In this document: positions 10,402-21,560 of the stretch, piece by piece
Position numbering within the stretch: the first letter of the stretch is position 1
Layout of the letters: every line of letters begins with the position of its first letter
Source of the DNA: Craspedostauros australis
Lineage: Eukaryota
Reading direction: 5' to 3'
Assembly: GCA_030167865.1 (NCBI GenBank)
Contig: JALAGF010003533.1
Span: 62,001-94,125, forward strand
DNA: 32,125 nucleotides
Translations under genes and position numbers: made by a program
The notes under the pieces: model-generated
Seen by the model: only the letters and a program-made list of their open reading frames with translations
Told to the model about the DNA's origin: nothing
Database searches by the model: none

Positions 10402-10656
10402 CTACGGATGGTTGTCGAGGTCCCCAAGAGGAGAAAGGATCCGGTCTGAGGACGAGAAAGGGGATTGGAAGTATGCGAGGAATAGCCTGAAGGTCACACG
10501 CACAGACGCGCAGGTGATGAAGAAGTTCGTTGCGATCTCCCACCATCTTGGTGGTGTTCCTCCGTCGTTGCCACCGTCGCTGCGGTGGTTGTCCGTTTTG
10601 GTACTGCTGGTGCCGATGTTCGAGTTCGGTGCCAGATCTTTTGTTGTTGTTGGCAT
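10402..10656 (-). CDS. Possible 84-aa small protein with one hydrophobic/amphipathic segment
   Basis: ATG 10656, MPTTTKDLAPNSNIGTSSTKTDNHRSDGGNDGGTPPRWWEIATNFFITCASVRVTFRLFLAYFQSPF...*. Protein-like layout (polar N-terminus, then a hydrophobic stretch), no recognisable homology. Confidence 0.35.
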   Translation of the reverse strand: MPTTTKDLAPNSNIGTSSTKTDNHRSDGGNDGGTPPRWWEIATNFFITCASVRVTFRLFLAYFQSPFSSSDRILSPLGDLDNHP

Positions 10657-12097
10657 CGCGCCGAAAAGGCGATTTTCTGAGTTGTTGCATCGACTAGCTC
10701 GATCACAAAGCAATCTTGGTCTGTGTTGAAGTCTCTCAGCGAACTTCACGCCTCACACATCAGAAAGAAACACGATGCGGATGCGTCATCATGCCATGGC
10801 CAGTCTACACGAGTCCTCCGGAATTTGACAGCTTGCGGGCCGCGACCACTCACGAAGCACGAAGCACGGCGCATTCCCTGCTCTCCCCAGTTGAGCAGAG
10901 CAGAGTGATCGTGCGAGGGGAATGCTTGGACGACAGTCGCGACAAGAAAAAGGGCCTTTGGGTAGGGTAGAGCGACTGAGGAGGAGAAGACATGGAAGAC
11001 GAAGGGATCGGGAAGCGAGTCCGAAGCAAATGTGAATTCAGACGAAAAACTCCCAAGCAGAGGCCGTCAAGAAAAGTACGTACTATTGCAATGAAGATCT
11101 GTTTGCTCCAAATGTTCGAAACGGCCGTGGTCAGAGAGATGGGTTGCGTTGCACGATACTCGCACGTTACAGGTCATTGCATCCCTGCTTTGTCCATCCC
11201 CAAGGGCGGGAGAGAGATGCGACTGTTCTTCGGGAGGAATGGGAAATCGCGCTTGACGATGGCGATGTCTTGCGGTGACACGGGGGCGAACCTTGATACG
11301 TCTGTGCAGCTGCGATTGTGAAGTCTGCTATGTACGAGCTATGTTGTTACACAAGCTCACAGTCTTGGGCGTGCCAATCGGGATCACTTGTGGCCGTCCG
11401 TTGTGTTCGTGGGACCTTCTCTGCGACAGCCAAATTCGATCTTGCCTGCGACCACACCTTTTCGACCATCACAGACACATTGCTCCAACGTCCGGAAGCA
11501 AGGAGCGACAAGAGTGTTGGTGGAGAGAATACAAGGGGTCGTTCACGGTCATTTGACCTGCCCCTGGGATGATACGTATGTATCACGGGTGGCTTTTCGG
11601 AGTGTGGGGTGGGCACATCACGCGCCAGCCTGCTGCCCGTTTTTTTTTACGGAGATATTGAACGACCGACCTATTGTGATCACAACGCGTTTCCTCGGGT
11701 ATCGGTCTTGGCACGAGAAAGATGATCCATTCGTCACGAAAGACGAAGCAGATAACTCCCTATAATATCCCACAAACAGTCCAATCATTCCGGTGCTTTG
11801 GGCGATGGTACACGCATGGCATCATCGTGGCCACTGCGAAAGCACGAGCACACGCACACGCATTACCACACGCATTACCACACGCAGGTGGACATGCACT
11901 TGTTAGAGTTCTTTCTGGAGAGTACGTATGGGAGAGAACTTGCGGCGCCATAGTTGCGCGCGGGCCGTGGTACATACATTCCTATTGGTACTTGTGTGAT
12001 CGCAGATAGAAACGCTCGAATAAAGTAGAATAGATTATAGCCGAATAAAGTATAATATATTACGTACGGGTGGTCCAGGGTTCAGGGTTTTCTCGCC

Positions 12098-13258
12098 TTA
12101 GGCGGCGGGGCTTGCGAACATTGGCTGGCTCAGCATCCACACGATGTTCGTGTAGATGCCTTCCTTCTGGGCTGTCTTGAGCATCCCCTCAGCACCATTC
12201 AAGAACAGCAACAAGTGCCTCATGCACTTCACAGCGCCAGCAACGTTGCCATTCTGAAAGCACCAGACCCCGATGTTGTTCACCAACGATAAGCCAAGTA
12301 TGCCAGCTTGGTCTCCAGTCAGCACTGTCATGGCAAGCTCGTACATCGCCGCCACCTGTCCTGACCATGGATTGCGCAGATGGTCTAGCAATGCCAGATT
12401 GAAGATCGCAGCGGCGATGTCTCTGCGAGCCTCTACGACGGTGGCGTTCCTCTGCGTGCTGGGACATGCCTCTGCCGTCGCGTCGTCCCTCGTGGTTGCA
12501 TCATGGGGTTTATTGCCGCACTGTTCTCGTGCTGGCAGATACAGGCGGATCGGTTCTTTGCAGAGGAAGGGAGAACGGTCGTTGATCTGTGGTGCGTCAT
12601 CGCTGAAGGTGCCACTGATCTGTTCAACCGGTGATGGTGCCATGTGGATTCGCTGCATTCCTGTTCGGCTTTCGCTGCCAGTGTCTGTGGCATCGCCCAT
12701 CATACCCAAGTGCGAATCGTGGGACTCTTCGGTCTCCATACTCGTGTTGGCGTTGCTCTTGGCGTTGCTGTCGCTGTCCACAGCCATGATGGGCTGCTGC
12801 GCATCAACGTGGTGTCGGATAGATCCTGATGCTGGTGCTGGGGTACCCCGGATTGCCTTGGCCGTGTCGATGAGATCCACCGAAGGCTCCTCGTCTGGCG
12901 TTCGCTCAGAGTGCAGGTAGTGTGCTAGCCGTGCCAAGTGATGCTCCGCTCGCTCCACGAAGGCGTTGCCGCATTTGGTGGATGTTTGGAGAGCTGGCTG
13001 CTGTGTCTGCTGTGGTTGGGATGGTGGGGCTTGTGCGAGGCTGTTGCCATCGCTGTGTTGGTGGACTTGGGAAAGTGCCGCAGATGGCTGGAACGCATTA
13101 CCCATCCTGATCTCCAAGGCAGCCTTAAAGAGATCCCATGCGACTTCATGATGGCCGGCATGGAAGCAATCGACGCCGGCATTGTTGTATTCGATTGCTC
13201 TTCTGCTCATCTCTGTGCCGAGGTGAGATTGCCTGTTCATGTTCATGCTCATGGCCAT
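12098..13258 (-). CDS. Diatom-type TPR-like helical hypothetical protein (386 aa)
   Basis: First in-frame ATG at 13258. N-terminal 'AIEYNNAGVDCFHAGHHEVAWDLFKAALE', long disordered insert, then 'AAAIFNLALLDH...MYELA...LVNNIG' and terminal 'ASPAA*'. This pattern is typical of a large uncharacterised diatom family. Confidence 0.85.
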   Translation of the reverse strand: MAMSMNMNRQSHLGTEMSRRAIEYNNAGVDCFHAGHHEVAWDLFKAALEIRMGNAFQPSAALSQVHQHSDGNSLAQAPPSQPQQTQQPALQTSTKCGNAFVERAEHHLARLAHYLHSERTPDEEPSVDLIDTAKAIRGTPAPASGSIRHHVDAQQPIMAVDSDSNAKSNANTSMETEESHDSHLGMMGDATDTGSESRTGMQRIHMAPSPVEQISGTFSDDAPQINDRSPFLCKEPIRLYLPAREQCGNKPHDATTRDDATAEACPSTQRNATVVEARRDIAAAIFNLALLDHLRNPWSGQVAAMYELAMTVLTGDQAGILGLSLVNNIGVWCFQNGNVAGAVKCMRHLLLFLNGAEGMLKTAQKEGIYTNIVWMLSQPMFASPAA

Positions 13259-13327
13259 GTTGTTGTTGGTGTTGGTGTTGATGTTGGTGTTGGTGTTGGT
13301 GTTGGTGTTAATGGTGATGGTGGTGAT
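13259..13327. repeat. (TGTTGG)n-type hexamer/trimer microsatellite abutting the start codon of gene E
   Basis: gttgttgttggtgttggtgttgatgttggtgttggtgttggtgttggtgttaatggtgatggtggtgat, read directly. Confidence 0.85.
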
Positions 13328-16300
13328 TTCTTTTTTCAATCCAATTTTATGATGGCAACTTTGTTTGTGGTGCCCTGATGTTTGTCTTTGTGTGTTGGAT
13401 GGCAGACTGCTCGTACTTTATCTTGTGATTGTTGTTCTCTTTCTTCGATTTGTCGTTGTGTTGTGAGTGTTCGCCGGCGAGCTGATTTTCCCTCTCCTCC
13501 GTTTGTGGGATCGGCCATTCTCCGTGATGTGCTAAGAGTACGGTAGGAGCACAATCTGTAAAACGATCTTGGTGATCTTTGTTCTCTCTCCGCAGAGTGC
13601 CTTGCGCGAAGGTGTCAAGACTGCGGCTTTGGATTCGAATGTTGCTTTCCTCCTTGTGGTTGAGATGGTCAACGATGAGACAAGCACCAAAACGGGGTGT
13701 TGCATGGGTTTAGTTCTATTCATTCAGCACGAGTAGCCACCGATGGAGCAGACAGATGCTCCCGTCCCAAGGTTAGCTATCTTCGCAACGGGAAGGAATC
13801 GAAGTGGCCCTGTTGGCAGCAACCTCTGTTGCGAACCGATCGGTATGGTGTGCACATGGCTGACACATGTCAGGTTGATCGCGACACTGTTGCGCCACAG
13901 CGCGTAAAGCATGGTGCATACGTAGAATAGATCAACCCTCCGCCCTCGATCTTGGTATACTTTGTTGTTGCGATTGTTGTTCTTTCCCCCTCGGTCGTGG
14001 AGGAGCGTAGCGATGCAACCATTGATGTTGCCATCTGTTTGAACGACGATAAAGTGTTGCTCCGGATGAAGACATGATTTGAATTTGAAACGGCGATCCC
14101 AAAAGAACTTGTTCCGTGGGGACATTCACAGTGCACAGTACTCCAAATGCGCTTTTCGAGACACGTGAGTTGAGAGGCTTCGCCACAGAAACTTGTCCGT
14201 CCAGAGGTCATCATGAAATGTCACAGAGAGCAAACGTGCACACATCCATCTCGCGAGAAGCCCTGACGCTGTACTCGTTGAAGGAACCAGAACGAAGCGG
14301 AACTGTGGAGAAAGGTACTTACTGGCTAGCGGCACGTGAAACAGTCGTGCGGATGCGTGTTGCAGTGTCAACCAAGATGCGTATCCCGACCCTTTGTGAA
14401 AAACGAGGATGGGTGGGACACTTCTTGGCGCTGATCAACAACGCCATCGCTCCTCCGAGGGAGCCGGCGGACGCGTGCGAGGTGGAGCGTATGAGTCTGT
14501 ACATGGAGTACGTGCAAACAATTTACGACCCTTGTCTCTTTGTGCTGTCGTCGTCCCGGGGAAGATGTTCCCAATCCACCCAACGCTCGTGCGCTGCCAA
14601 AGGGAAATGAACAACGACCGAGATACATGCTCCTGACATACGTACTCCATAATACATGCGACGAGCGCCCACAGGTACAGAAACGGCTTCGCTCTCGGTT
14701 CCAACGAAGACGGGCATGGGTTGGATCGTTGTTCATTACGCGTCGAGGGCAAATACTCGTACGGAGGGGAGGAGATGTGAAGGTGCTGGATGGATGGTAG
14801 CGAAGCGGTCGTAATGCAAACAACGTTGCCTGTATGCGCGTGCGCGCTTGATCCTCGACCGCCTCCGGAAGCATCGTCACCATGTGCAGCAGATGCATCC
14901 CAAGTATAGTAGTCGTATGGCACCACCCAAACGAGAATGATGGAAACGGCTGAACCCTGGAGAGAGCATCGACAGAGAGGCAGCGTATTAGTATGGTGCC
15001 GGTTTGGGCAATGGACAATGGTCCACAATTATCGTTCGTGGTCTATTTGCGGTTCTGCTTTTCTCAACTCGACGATCTCGCATCCTCCAATGCTACACTG
15101 CACAATAAACACTAATCCGATGGACGACAGTATGTTCTCTGCCAACAGAGAGAGAATACGATGATAAATACGAATCTACGCTGCATGAATGGTCGAGCGC
15201 ATTTAGAGCCGCATCTGGAAAGGTGGGAGGATAACGACGGTCATCACTCGAGATGTGATGAAAGTGGCGCCAAAGTCGAAGCTTGTGCAAGGTCTCGAAT
15301 TTGGCAATGCTTATCCCTACAAGTTGCATGTGCTCCCTGGTGTGCGACCTATCAGAACAACCAGCCAAGCATAGCAGATCGTATGCATGTTCCAGTACAA
15401 GTCGACTTGATGCAAGATTTATTGCATCAAGTAGCGGAAGAGGTTCGAGTCACCATGCCGACTCCGGCATCAACTTGATTTATCGCGATGCAACCTTTGG
15501 TGTGCGATCGAGACAGAGAGGCAAGACTGATATTGGCTCGTCATGTGCGACCAATCATAAATACAGTGTCCTCTATGTAGGTATGTATATCGTGTGCAGA
15601 CTTATGCTGATGCTTGCCCACTCCACGTTCTTGCAACCATACGTACGCATGGCACTTGTAGCTGCGGATGCCGTCATCCCAACACCTATCGATCAAGCAT
15701 CACCAGACGAGCATGAGCATATTCGTTCTGTGCACCAAATCCGGCCTCCGGGGGTGCCTCGCAGCGTCGCGGTAGCACCGTTGGATGCGGCAATGAGGCG
15801 AACTCGTTCGCAAGTGAACACGAATGCCAGAGGGCACAAGAGGTTCACTTCCTTCAATCATGTGGCAATGGAACGGGCGAGATGGGAAGGCGATGGCGAT
15901 GGTCTATCGAACTAGGAGGTATGTACTCGAGTAGAGTGTCAAATGTGCTTTGTAATATAATATATGATGATGGGAGAGTGGCTTCGATCGTGTCAAAGCG
16001 CGATACTCCGTGGAGCGGAGTGCATCATCGACAAGGCTGCGATCAACATCCATCGCGGTACCGCAACATGTGATAGTTGTTCACAGGATGGAGAAGGCGC
16101 CCAAAGACAAGCAAAAAGACTTGTGGGATTGCATTGGATTGCGTTCCGACACGGTGACAGAGGATAATGTATGCCAGACGCGCAATCTGGGATCGCAATT
16201 GAAGTGGCATCGGGTATGATATCTTCCGCGGTGAGGGAAAGATGATTTCCTGGGTCGTTCCCGCTCACGCATTCACTCGAGAGAGAACTGCAACTTGCGA

Positions 16301-16477
16301 TGTACAAGTTGAGTTTAGTTGGAATTGGTTAGATTCGGCTACGCTACAACTATGGCGCCGCGTGGTTCGGAACGGATGCGGCGACTTGTTGGGCTGCGCA
16401 ACTCTCGCGGGTCGCGAGGGAGCCGCCGCGCGCGCGGCTTCCGAGAGCAGCAGATGGATGCGTCGGCTTGCGCAGAT

Positions 16478-17752
16478 TTAGTCATCGAGAAGCGCTCTTC
16501 TCAGCTTCTCACGTTGGTCCGCATCGAAGCCGATCCAGTCGCAGTAGCCTTCGACGCTGCCGTAGCTCTCCTTGATCGCCGCGAGGGTGTCCCGCATGGC
16601 CTCCGGCGGCGCGCTGAGGAAGGTCTTCGGGTCGATGCTTCGTTGCGACAGCGCACCCACCATGGCCTTGTGGTCGTTCATCTCGGCGTAGACGTTGGCG
16701 GACAGCGTGTAGTCCTCGACGATTTCGTCGGCCTCGACGTCGCAGATGGACAGGATGATGGCCGAGATCATTCCGGTGCGGTCCTTGCCCGCAGTGCAGT
16801 AGAAGGCGATGGGGTGGTGTTGCTTGTCGGCGCACAGCTCCAGGACGTACTTGATGCCCGGCGACCCAAACCGGAGGAGGAGTTCGTTGAGCATGAGGAG
16901 GCCGCCGTCGTTGATCTCCTTGAGGAATGGCTTCTTCAGCGAGTTCCAGATGCGCTTGCTGAGCACGGCTCCCGGCGCCTTGAGGGCCGATCGCGCCAGA
17001 TCGCGCTTCCTCAGCTTGGACACGGTGCCTCGGACGTACTTGAACTCATTCATCAGCGAGACAAAGTGGCGCTCCTTGCGACCGGACGACAAGGCGAGCT
17101 GCTTGCTGGCAGGCAAGCTGGTTGGATCATCGCAATCAAATTCGCACAGCACCTCATCCTCTACATCCACAGTGTCGTCGGCAGAGTTCTTACCATTTCC
17201 ACGCCGGAACCGCTTCTTGATGGGGCTTTCTCCCTGCTTGAGCTCCTTGAGGCAGTCCTCCTGGCCCCTCTTGTTTTCCATCCAGATGAGGTCGGTAAAC
17301 CCGTCGAAGGCCTCGCTCATGAGCTTGGGATCGTCCTTGAGCTCTGTCGGCGATCTGAGGTCCACCAGCGTCCGTATGCCGATGGTTTCGAAGAGCAGCT
17401 CGCGGTCCTCCTTGGTGGCATCGCCCAGCCTGCCGGTGCGGTAGACGCGTCCCGGCTTGATGGGTGAATTCTGCACCGAGGCCAGATCGCGAGCATTCTT
17501 GACCTTCGCCAGGCCCAGGTTGCGTTCCTCGCAGAGCTGCTTGGTGCGGGCCTTGAAGCTGGCCTCGCTGGCATCATCCGACATGTATATTCTGAAATTC
17601 CGGGCACCCTCACATGATCGAGCATTTGTGATGGACGATGGCATCAAGAAGGTCTTTGACGTTGGTGCGGGCGCAAAGGCATCGACCTGCACACGCAGCA
17701 TCTCGCTGGATGCCGCGAGCATCACCCCCAGGCTCTGTATCGTGAACTTCAT
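16478..17752 (-). CDS. Plastid-targeted tyrosine/lipid phosphatase, Y_phosphatase3 (MptpB-like) family (424 aa)
   Basis: ATG 17752. Presequence MKFTIQSLGVMLAASSEMLRVQVDA|FAPAP (ASAFAP-type cleavage) then an S/T/R-rich transit peptide. Motifs 'NARDLA', 'GRVYRTG', 'GIRTLVDLRSPTE', P-loop 'FYCTAGKDRTG', 'IVEDYTLS', 'YGSVEGYCDWIG'. Intronless. Confidence 0.92.
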   Translation of the reverse strand: MKFTIQSLGVMLAASSEMLRVQVDAFAPAPTSKTFLMPSSITNARSCEGARNFRIYMSDDASEASFKARTKQLCEERNLGLAKVKNARDLASVQNSPIKPGRVYRTGRLGDATKEDRELLFETIGIRTLVDLRSPTELKDDPKLMSEAFDGFTDLIWMENKRGQEDCLKELKQGESPIKKRFRRGNGKNSADDTVDVEDEVLCEFDCDDPTSLPASKQLALSSGRKERHFVSLMNEFKYVRGTVSKLRKRDLARSALKAPGAVLSKRIWNSLKKPFLKEINDGGLLMLNELLLRFGSPGIKYVLELCADKQHHPIAFYCTAGKDRTGMISAIILSICDVEADEIVEDYTLSANVYAEMNDHKAMVGALSQRSIDPKTFLSAPPEAMRDTLAAIKESYGSVEGYCDWIGFDADQREKLRRALLDD

Positions 17753-18875
17753 GCTGCTTGGGTCTGCTTCTCTGTAGAGAGCTTGGCTCGCGTGAGAATG
17801 CGTGTGCGTTTGGGCGCGTGTGTCTGTCACTCCGTCGCTTCAATCAAGCAATCCACACTGACTTGGATGCGTGGATGGATGGATGCTGGGATCGCGGATT
17901 GATCTTGCCACGTTTCTCCACAGTGATCTCTGTTTGCTCCTTTCTCTTCGGCACTCAAATCGTGCTCTGGAATGCCCCGGAATGCTCTACTCTGCTGTGC
18001 TGTGCTTGACCCGCAGATTGATGCCAAGAATCAGATCAGTTAGTTCTCTTGATGTGCTCCAACGCTCTCCGTACGATTGCAACGCTTCTCGATGCTGTCT
18101 TCTCTCGCTCTCACTCTTCCTGCGTGGATGGATGCTTTGTCACGGCGCCTCTCTGCTTCCAGTTGGCGTTGTGTCGATGTCGTCGTTGGTGGCGAAGTAT
18201 GCTACGCTGTGTGGATGCAGTGGCGGACGTCGCTGGGATGTGTCCGATGCCATCGCAACGACGCAAGGGTCGGAGTGCGATGATCGAACCGACACGTGGG
18301 CATGATGTCGCTGCGCAACGACGGTGGCCGATCGTCATGGTCAACATCAACATGGCGTTTTGGATCTCGATCAACACAGACGATCGTATTTGTCTGATGC
18401 CGCTGATCCGCCAATCAGAGCGTTTACCACAGCAGCACAGGCACCAACTCATGACCATGTCGAAGGCATTCGGTCGAGTCGAAGAAGCGGCGAGGTTGGC
18501 GCCATTTTTCGGTTGGACCATCCCACAAGACAAAAATCCGCGCTGGCAGAAACAATTCGAACCGTCCTGGTGGGATCTGATGGTGCATGTCCTGTGAATG
18601 GATCAACGAACCAACGGGTCAACGGGCCAACGGGTGGCCTAATCAACAATGTCCGAGGGGGAAATCAAATCACAAGCACATGAGCACATGCAGACAGCAA
18701 GGCATGAATGGAGCAACGTGGAATGACATGGGTGAATGAATGGGAAGAGAAGCGGAACAACACAATGGCACGAAGACGTTCGCATCCGTGTGGATGAGTG
18801 GTGATTCGGTTTGAGAAATTGACGGTGATCGCAGGTGCAGTTGCTCGGCAGTAGATCATGTGACGATCATGGTGC

Positions 18876-18906
18876 ATTGATTGATTGATTGATTGATTGC
18901 TGCTGC

Positions 18907-18937
<31 letters not shown>
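18876..18937. repeat. Compound microsatellite (ATTG)6-(CTG)3-(GAT)10
   Basis: Read directly. Lies in the divergent intergenic region between genes F and G. Confidence 0.92.
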
Positions 18938-19244
18938 ATGAGGTTGCTGCTTTTGCATAGCTCATAAAACTAAACTTGAATCAAACCAAATCAACTCAAT
19001 TCCAACTACTCAACGTCCTCTCTCCCTCTTTTCCTTCCCTCCAACAAATCACTCGTATCAGCCACCACTTGTTGATTGCATTGCCACAACACCGTTCACA
19101 CACAACACGCAACACTCTGCCTCCAACCTCCCACAGCATTCATCTACTGCACGCTTGAACGCTCAACACCCAAGAAATCGATTTCGCATCACAGCAGGCC
19201 GCAGCTACACATCCAAGAGAAATCCACTGAGCGCTCCAGCAAAA

Positions 19245-20402
19245 AGTAAGCGCAAGGGTTGATCGTCGTTGATGATGACACTGACTGATGACGACAAGGC
19301 TGGCACTTGAGATGGATTCTGCGGTATATCGAGGGATGAGGATGCCTAAATTTACCCCTCGCAACGGAGTATCACGCTCACCTCTTGCCTTTGCGCCTGT
19401 CCTGCTGTCCAAACCTTCCGCAACACAGTGGCATCCATCATTAGACCAGTCACACCATCGCCTGCATCATCTCCGATGAACGAAGTGGCGTTCGATGGAC
19501 ACGATATGGTTGAATCCAACGCAGTGTCGTTCACACCAGACGGCATCATTCATCGCCGCGATTTTGGAGCTTCATCCATATTCGTGGACACCTCCTCCAC
19601 CAACTATGGATGGGGCACCACCGATCACATGTCTAATGAGTTCGAGGATTTCGATGCCGAAGACGATGACGACGATGGATTCCCAATCCCTCGGCGCGTC
19701 TTTTCATTCGACGAGTGGGCGGAACCAACCAACAGCCACGACAACGATCTGAATGAGGATGGTGCCAAGAACGGTCATGACGACAGTGACGATGATTTCC
19801 ATGGTGTCGATTTTGAGCACAATTTCAGAGACGACGGCGCCACAGTCAATTATCACAACGACGCGAGATTGCTTGATGGAGATGAGGGTGTGCGAGACGA
19901 GCCGCCGCAGGATCCGCGCTTGCCAAAGTTCTTTTCCTTCTCGGATTGGGAGCAACGCGACACGAGTTTGTACCGCCACCAGCGATCCACATTCACACTC
20001 TACCAGCGTCCAACGTCAATCCAGCGACTCGCATCACCCATCTCGTGCGAGCCGTCTCTGGCACTCAATCAATGTCCCAGCATCCCGCGGCTGTTTCCAT
20101 TGCGGTTGGTGGAGGAGGATGCTCCGTTGTTCGATGGAAATCACATGAACTCCGCGAAGGATGACTGCGGGCGCCACCATGGCAACGATCAAGGCTGCGT
20201 CTCTTTTGAAGACTGCGCAACAAACGTGCTACCCGCCGTCCCGCTGATGCCACGCGCGGTGCACGTGCCGTGCGAACTGGGCGTTGACCGACAGCAGCGC
20301 CGATCCTCTCGCACCAAGTCGAGGTCCAAGTTGCTGCGATTCCGCAGCTTCCTCCGCAAGCTTCAGACCGGCAACAGGGTGCGCAACAGCAAACAGCGCT
20401 GA
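19245..20402 (+). CDS. Acidic disordered hypothetical protein (324 aa); join(19245..19245,19429..20402), start codon split A|TG by a 183-bp intron
   Basis: Open frame 19428-20402. Donor AAAAA|GTAAGC at 19246. Branch-like CTCAC, pyrimidine tract and CACAG acceptor ending at 19428. Splicing yields CAAAAATGGCA (A at -3, G at +4). Fallback start is ATG 19476. Confidence 0.7.
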
Positions 20403-20857
20403 ACGTGGGCATGTGATATTGTCGATGAGGCAAAACGGTCGCTGTGATCGCGATGGCATCAAAGCGAAGCAGAGCGCAGCAACGCAAACCAAACTGAATC
20501 AACTCAACTGAAGACTGATTCGGCACAAACGCACACTCAATCAAAGGGGAAACAGAGGCACATGAAGAAAACAGAGAGACCGAGACTCCATACCAATACA
20601 AACATGCATAAGAACATCCGACACGAACGGAACCATAGTTAATACTCTAACCAGAAAACAAACAAAATGTTGTTCGAAGTGTCACGCTCCTCCGCGAGCT
20701 GATTGAATTCAAAATGGAGATCCATGTGTGCTTCGGCACTGGTTCAAATTCAAAGTTTGAGCTTCTATTGGTATAGATGAAGCGTGAGGAATCATCTCTC
20801 CACAAGTGCCGAGTGAGAGTCTAACCATGGGCCATCCTGTTACGTCTCCATCCATCA

Positions 20858-20880
20858 CTCTCTCTCTGTCTCTCTCTCTC
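20858..20880. repeat. (CT)n microsatellite
   Basis: ctctctctctgtctctctctctc, read directly. Confidence 0.8.
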
Positions 20881-21560
20881 CGGAGGCTACGATTCACTCT
20901 AGAGTATCTAGTATTCTTCACGCGTGACTAATCAGTGGATGCATGTCTCGATTCAAACGACCACATAGTTGGAGATTGGTGTTTGTTGCCTTTGGACGAA
21001 TTGTGGCGAATCATTTTGCAGTCTGTCGTGGATGCGTTGACGTCAGATTGCGGCGATGAGTTCCGGTCTGCTGTCGTCAGTGCGACAACCAACCAATCGC
21101 CGCGATGCAAATGGCTGACGACGGCTGACGGTTGGACAGCGTGATTGGCTTGTTCCAACGAATCAGGGACATCGATCCGACGAAGGCGAATTTTTTGTAC
21201 TGGAGACATCAACGATTCGTCTCTTTCACCACACATCAGTGGAAGTCAACGAGCCATCGCGTGACGAAGAGCCACCAACTCAATGTGAGGTGATCAGAAG
21301 CTGCACTCCTTGGCTTGGCACCGTGTTAGCCATCACCAACCACCAATTCCGATCGCAATCACCACAGACCAACCAGGCTCCACACAGAAGAAGAGCCAGA
21401 GAGAAGAGAGAGGCGCTGTGCAACCACCCATCAACACATCAAGAACACATCAATCATCTCCCCCTCCACTCTTCAACACATCAAGGCCACAGAAGATACA
21501 GCAGTAAAGTACCGCTGCCACTCGTTTTCCGCAGATCACGGCCACCCATCATCACAGAGC

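Noticed and set aside
12068-12091. GGTCCAGGGTTCAGGGTTTT resembling telomeric repeats
   Set aside because: Only two degenerate units in a 3' UTR; not an interstitial telomere array.
13259-13339. Poly-(Asn-Thr) N-terminus of gene E
   Set aside because: Only reachable from a TTG. It is a microsatellite upstream of the first ATG.
16319-17467. 382-aa plus-strand ORF antisense to the phosphatase
   Set aside because: Shadow ORF expected from the strong C/G-ending codon bias of the real minus-strand gene; no motifs.
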